A DNA stretch of 63,982 bases, counting the filler, from Guillardia theta CCMP2712 (Eukaryota > Protista > Cryptophyta): NCBI RefSeq assembly GCF_000315625.1. It is 6 parts of 6 records of this genome, joined end to end, with 100 filler letters (N's around TTAATTAATTAA, not from the genome) between each part and the next. Parts side by side here need not be neighbours in the genome. Positions count along the whole stretch, not along the records: positions 53,242 to 61,786 come from NW_005434535.1; positions 61,887 to 63,982 come from NW_005434061.1; 4 more parts are not named here. One strand, 5' to 3'. A program made the position numbers and the translations under genes. How positions within the stretch are numbered: the first letter of the stretch is position 1; every line of letters starts with the position of its first letter. The notes below the pieces were generated by a model that saw only the letters and a list, made by a program, of their open reading frames with translations, was not told the origin of the DNA and ran no database searches. This document shows positions 59,995-63,982 of this stretch, piece by piece.

Positions 59995-61371
59995 ATGGCT
60001 GAAGCAATCCGAACACGCCCTTCAATCGCTCCCTCTGATGGTAGAAGGGCATGCCTGCTCGCCGTCCTCCTACTTGGTCAAGCAGCATCGTCCTGTTGTT
60101 GGATGACTCTTCCAGTCCTCCGAGCTCGGGATGAATGTGCGATTCAACTGGGACAGTGGAGCCATGGCGCTCTGGGGGCTCAATGCTTGAAGCCATCGCC
60201 ATGCTCACATGCTACGAAGGAACGAACGTCGAGCATGCTCGCAGGCACAACCATGGTTGACGGAGCTGTGGGTGCAATGCCGAGGAGGACAATAATTCTT
60301 TCAGCAGTGGGACTTTCAGTCCTGCTGGGCTACTCGCCTCCTGCATCTGCCGTATCTTACTCAACCAAGGTACAATGGAGCAAGAGCGGAGCGGAGCAGA
60401 GCTCTGATACAGTGTCAGGGCTTGGTGAACACGATCAGGCTGAAGGAGGGAGTACGCTACTTGCTCCTCTACAGCTTGACAGGGAAGGAGGTCGACAGGT
60501 GCTCTGTTGCTCCTGTTTTCTCCATCCCCCCCCTGACCCTGCGCACCAACAGCTTTCAGCAGGAAGTCAAGTTTCTGTTCAGAGATACGGTACCCCGCAT
60601 TTGAGCCTGTGCTGGTCGTTGATTGAGCTGTAGAATCCTTCAAGGAACCTGGAGGCCGCGGTCGCTGCACAGCAGGCTGTGCGCCAAGTTTTGACAAGTG
60701 CCATGCAGTGTAGCGCCCTGATCGACGACTCGGAGGAGCCGCCCAGACTCACGCCCAACGCGGTGCAAGCTCAGCTGTCAGCTGGGAAGATCGTGGAGTT
60801 CCTGTCCAAGGTGAGTGGAGGCTCCGAGGTCGATGGGGACGTGACTGGAGTTTGACAAGCTGGTTGAGTACGACGGTTGGGACAAACTTGACAAGGAAGA
60901 CATCAACCCAAAGTTTCAGCGCATGACCGAGCAGGTGTACATCTGTGGCGGAAGGCGGGAGAGAGGGAGCAAGCGGAGAGGAGGAAGCGGAGACAAGGAA
61001 GAGGAGAGGAGGAAGAGAGCGAGGGAGAGGAGGGAGAGAAGGAGAACGTGGGGAGAGGAAGAGGCGAGAACAAGGGGACGACATGGTCGAAGACAGTGAC
61101 TGAACGTTTTCTCCTTGTTCCTTTGTCTCTAGAAAATCAAGTTTGCTACGCGCGGGCTGAACGCCATCATAGAAGAGGTCAAGTTCCTCTACAGCAAGTT
61201 CGTTACTGATCCCAGGAATGCTCCAGATTGATCATTTCCTCGCTCTGTTTCCGGCCGATCAAGTCCGGGAGGCGCAGGAGGTCGGAACTCTCCTGGGTCG
61301 TCAGCTGGGGTCCTTGACAAGTTTCTGGCCAGGTGTACAACGAGGTGTTCGCTCCCAAGTACGAGAGCTGA
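59995..61371 (+). CDS. Plastid-targeted, probable thylakoid-lumen protein (multi-exon)
   Basis: Signal peptide (CLLAVLLLGQAASSC), then a transit-like region and a twin-arginine signal PRRTIILSAVGLSVLLGYSPPASA. Later exons: LVEYDGWDKLD, KIKFATRGLNAIIEE, IDHFLALFPADQVREAQE, VYNEVFAPKYES*. Confidence 0.65.
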
Positions 61372-61657
61372 GAACTCGAGGCAGACGGAGGCGATCTTTC
61401 AGACCTCTCACGCCGTTAGCTGGGGATGAGTTGGGACTTCGAGCTACGAAGTGCGATGGATTCATGTCATCATTCCGTCGCATCCCATGCTTTTCCAGAC
61501 CTGTTGCGCTAGTCAACAACAAGTGAAGGGGAGAAAGGAAAACGTCAACGTCGAGAGTCCGATTGCTGGCCTGTTCAGAGATCCTCCCTGACACCTGCAG
61601 GCAGTCGCATCAGCTGGGAAATAGCTGGGGGGCTGCCTTACGATTCCTCTCTTGACT

Positions 61658-63982
61658 TTAATGGAAGGCATTCCGTGATGAGTCGTCTTGGGCCAGCAGC
61701 TCCCGCTCTGAGATGTTACAGTAAAGATACGAAGCCCTGGAGAGGAGAGGAGAGGAGGAGGAGGAGGAGGAGGAGGAGGAGGAGGANNNNNNNNNNNNNN
61801 NNNNNNNNNNNNNNNNNNNNNNNNNNNNNNTTAATTAATTAANNNNNNNNNNNNNNNNNNNNNNNNNNNNNNNNNNNNNNNNNNNNCGTCAGGTGAAGCT
61901 CCGTGTCCCCCTCAAGAATAGTCATCTCCTTCATACCCGTATCACAGAGGGCATCTCTTATCATTTTCCATAAGTAGCAATCAAGGAATCGAGGTTCATC
62001 AGTGGGCCCTCCTCCAAATCCCTTTTCTTCCCCCCAACGAAAGTGGAGCATTCCAGATTCACATCCTTGCATAGGACGGAAATAGCGATGGGCAGAGCGT
62101 GTCGACGAGCTCTTTCAATAGCTTTTAACGAGGTCACCCCAGTGTCCTAGGGAGAGGGAGAGGGAGAGGGAGAGGGAGGGAGGGAGGGAGAGGAGAGGAG
62201 AGGACAGGAGAGGGAGGGAGAGGACAGTAGAGGGAGGGAGAGGAGAGGAGAGGAGAGGGAGAGGAGAGGGAGGGAGGGAGGATGACGCGGAAGGGAGGGG
62301 ATATGGATGGACGAGAGTGGAAGGAGGTCAAAGGGAGAACCATGAGCAAAGCGTGAACTCCTCCTGCCTCCGTCAGGTCCTTGGCGAGCTAGAGGACGAG
62401 AGATAGTTAGAAAAAAGAGGAGGAGGAGGGGGAGGCATATATGCTATACCATCGGAGAGTTTCGGACGAGGTTGCCCAGGGCTCCGGCAGCATTCGATCT
62501 TGTCTTCTCCGTGGTCTCTTGCACGCACCTGGAGGAAACGGTGAGAAGCGAAGGAGAGGGAGGAGGAGGGAGAAGTGAAAGGGGTCGAGGAGCAGGGCGA
62601 GGGGCGGGGGGGCGGAGGAGGGGGATGAGGGAGAGGAGGAGGAGTAGACTGCTGTAGTTTCGCTTACTCGATGAGTAGAGGGATGGCGAGCTTGAGCCGA
62701 GGATAGAGCAAGGCGCTGCACGTAAATGAGTGAGAGAGCCGAGAGGAGAAGGGGAGGAGGAGGAGGGAGGAAGGGAGGGGAAGGAGGGAGGGGAAGGAGG
62801 GAGGGGAAGGAGAGAGAGAGGTAGGGAGGGTAAGAACGGAGGGAGGAGAGGGAGGAAAGGACGAGGCGACGGGAGCAGGGCACCTGTGAAATGCAGCATT
62901 GCCGAGCGCGAAACAAGCAAACTTGCGGGTATTCGAATCCTCGTCTCCTGCGCACTTGATGATCTCGTCCAGCAGGCCAGTCTCATCCAGAGCCTTGTAG
63001 AAGTAGTCCGAGTACCTTCCTCCTCGTCAGTCCCTCCTTCCTCCTCCTTCCTCCTGCTCTTCTACCTCCTGCTCTCCTGCCCCCTGCCTCCTGCCCCACT
63101 GTCCCCTGCCCACTACTCCTACTCATCTCACCTACAGATATTCCCCACGAAGTTGCACACACGGGCGCGGATGGCGCCATCGGAGTGCTGGCGGAGGAGG
63201 AGGATGAGGAGAGGAAGCGGCTGCGCAAGAGCGATGGCGGGGTAGTAGTCGCGCGACAACCTTGCAAGCATCGACAAACTGCCGAACATGCTCGTCAATG
63301 TGCAACAATCTTCATCCTCCTCCTCCTCCTCTCTCCTCTCCTCCCCTCCCTCCTCCTTCTTGGCCCCTCCCCTCCCTCCTCCCCTCCCTCTTCCCTCCTC
63401 CTTCTTGGCCCCTCCCCTCCCTCCTCCCTCCCTCCTCTCTTGGCTCCTCCTCTGCCTCCTCTCTCTCTTCCTCTCATACTCCCTACATTATCAGTGCGTC
63501 CACCACAAGTCCAGGTCTGTTCGTCGGATCAAGCATCATGCTTATGAGCTCCTAAAGCAAAAGGACCTCAGCACGTGCCCTCCCTCCCCTCCCCTCCCTC
63601 CCGCTGCTTCCCTTGCCCTCCCTCCCTCCCCTCCTTCCCCTGCCGGCCTCCTCTCCTCCTGCCTCGCACCGGTCTGAGGCCGCCACTCTCCACGAACTGC
63701 AGCGCGAACTGTCCTGCTGACACGAGTGACCGAGGGGAGGAGGAGGAGGAGGAGGATGGAAGCACCGCCGGGCAGCATGATGAGGCGGGAGAGGAGGACG
63801 ATCGATCTCTCCATGGCCGGTCGGTTGACATGCAGGAGCGCTCTCACGAGAGCATGTACGACTCCTCCTGACAGCAGCTGGCTCTGCAGTTTGACCAGAT
63901 CGCTTCCCTGTTGTGTGAAGAGCAAAGACAAAGATTGCGGTAGCGATGATGATCATGGAGAGGAGGAGGAGGAGGAGGAGGA
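61658..63982 (-). CDS. C-terminal ARM/HEAT region of a Fused/STK36 (TIO)-like kinase; the 5' part lies beyond the window
   Basis: RARVCNFVGNIC, DEDSNTRKFACFALGNAAFH and EKTRSNAAGALGNLVRNS match the Fused/TIO C-terminus as I recall it. The kinase domain is not in this window. Confidence 0.75.

Noticed and set aside
1-63982. tRNA, rRNA or autonomous transposon genes
   Set aside because: None were recognised by eye; tRNAscan-SE, Infernal and RepeatModeler would be needed to exclude them.

Overview
This is gene-dense eukaryotic nuclear DNA with short GT-AG introns, GGA/CCT low-complexity tracts and N-gaps that carry an artificial TTAATTAATTAA spacer. The intron style, an RWP-RK gene and bipartite-targeted proteins suggest a cryptophyte alga resembling Guillardia theta (inference). 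Recognisable genes: a secreted DnaJ-thioredoxin (ERdj3A-like), a SHOC1/Zip2-like meiotic protein, an RWP-RK factor, a Nudix hydrolase, an OSBP-related protein, an FBXO11-like beta-helix protein, an atypical PPP phosphatase, a MESD chaperone, a CCR4 deadenylase, a VOC/glyoxalase, an ARM protein, a second DnaJ, FIP1, a thylakoid-lumen protein and the ARM tail of a Fused/STK36-like protein. The standout is a ~1,025-aa, nearly intronless gene (7632-10753, +). It fuses a TIR domain, a SAM domain, a multi-pass membrane block and a RelA/SpoT-type nucleotidyltransferase whose last motif (EVQ|IH) appears only after splicing a 44-nt intron. It is a candidate membrane receptor with two nucleotide-messenger enzymes. 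The window also shows a decayed copy of the SHOC1-like gene, a ~1.6-kb tandem duplication, two satellites, and recurring intergenic GC islands paired with GGGGTA/TACCCC clusters. All domain calls come from recognising motifs by eye, and many exon boundaries are approximate.
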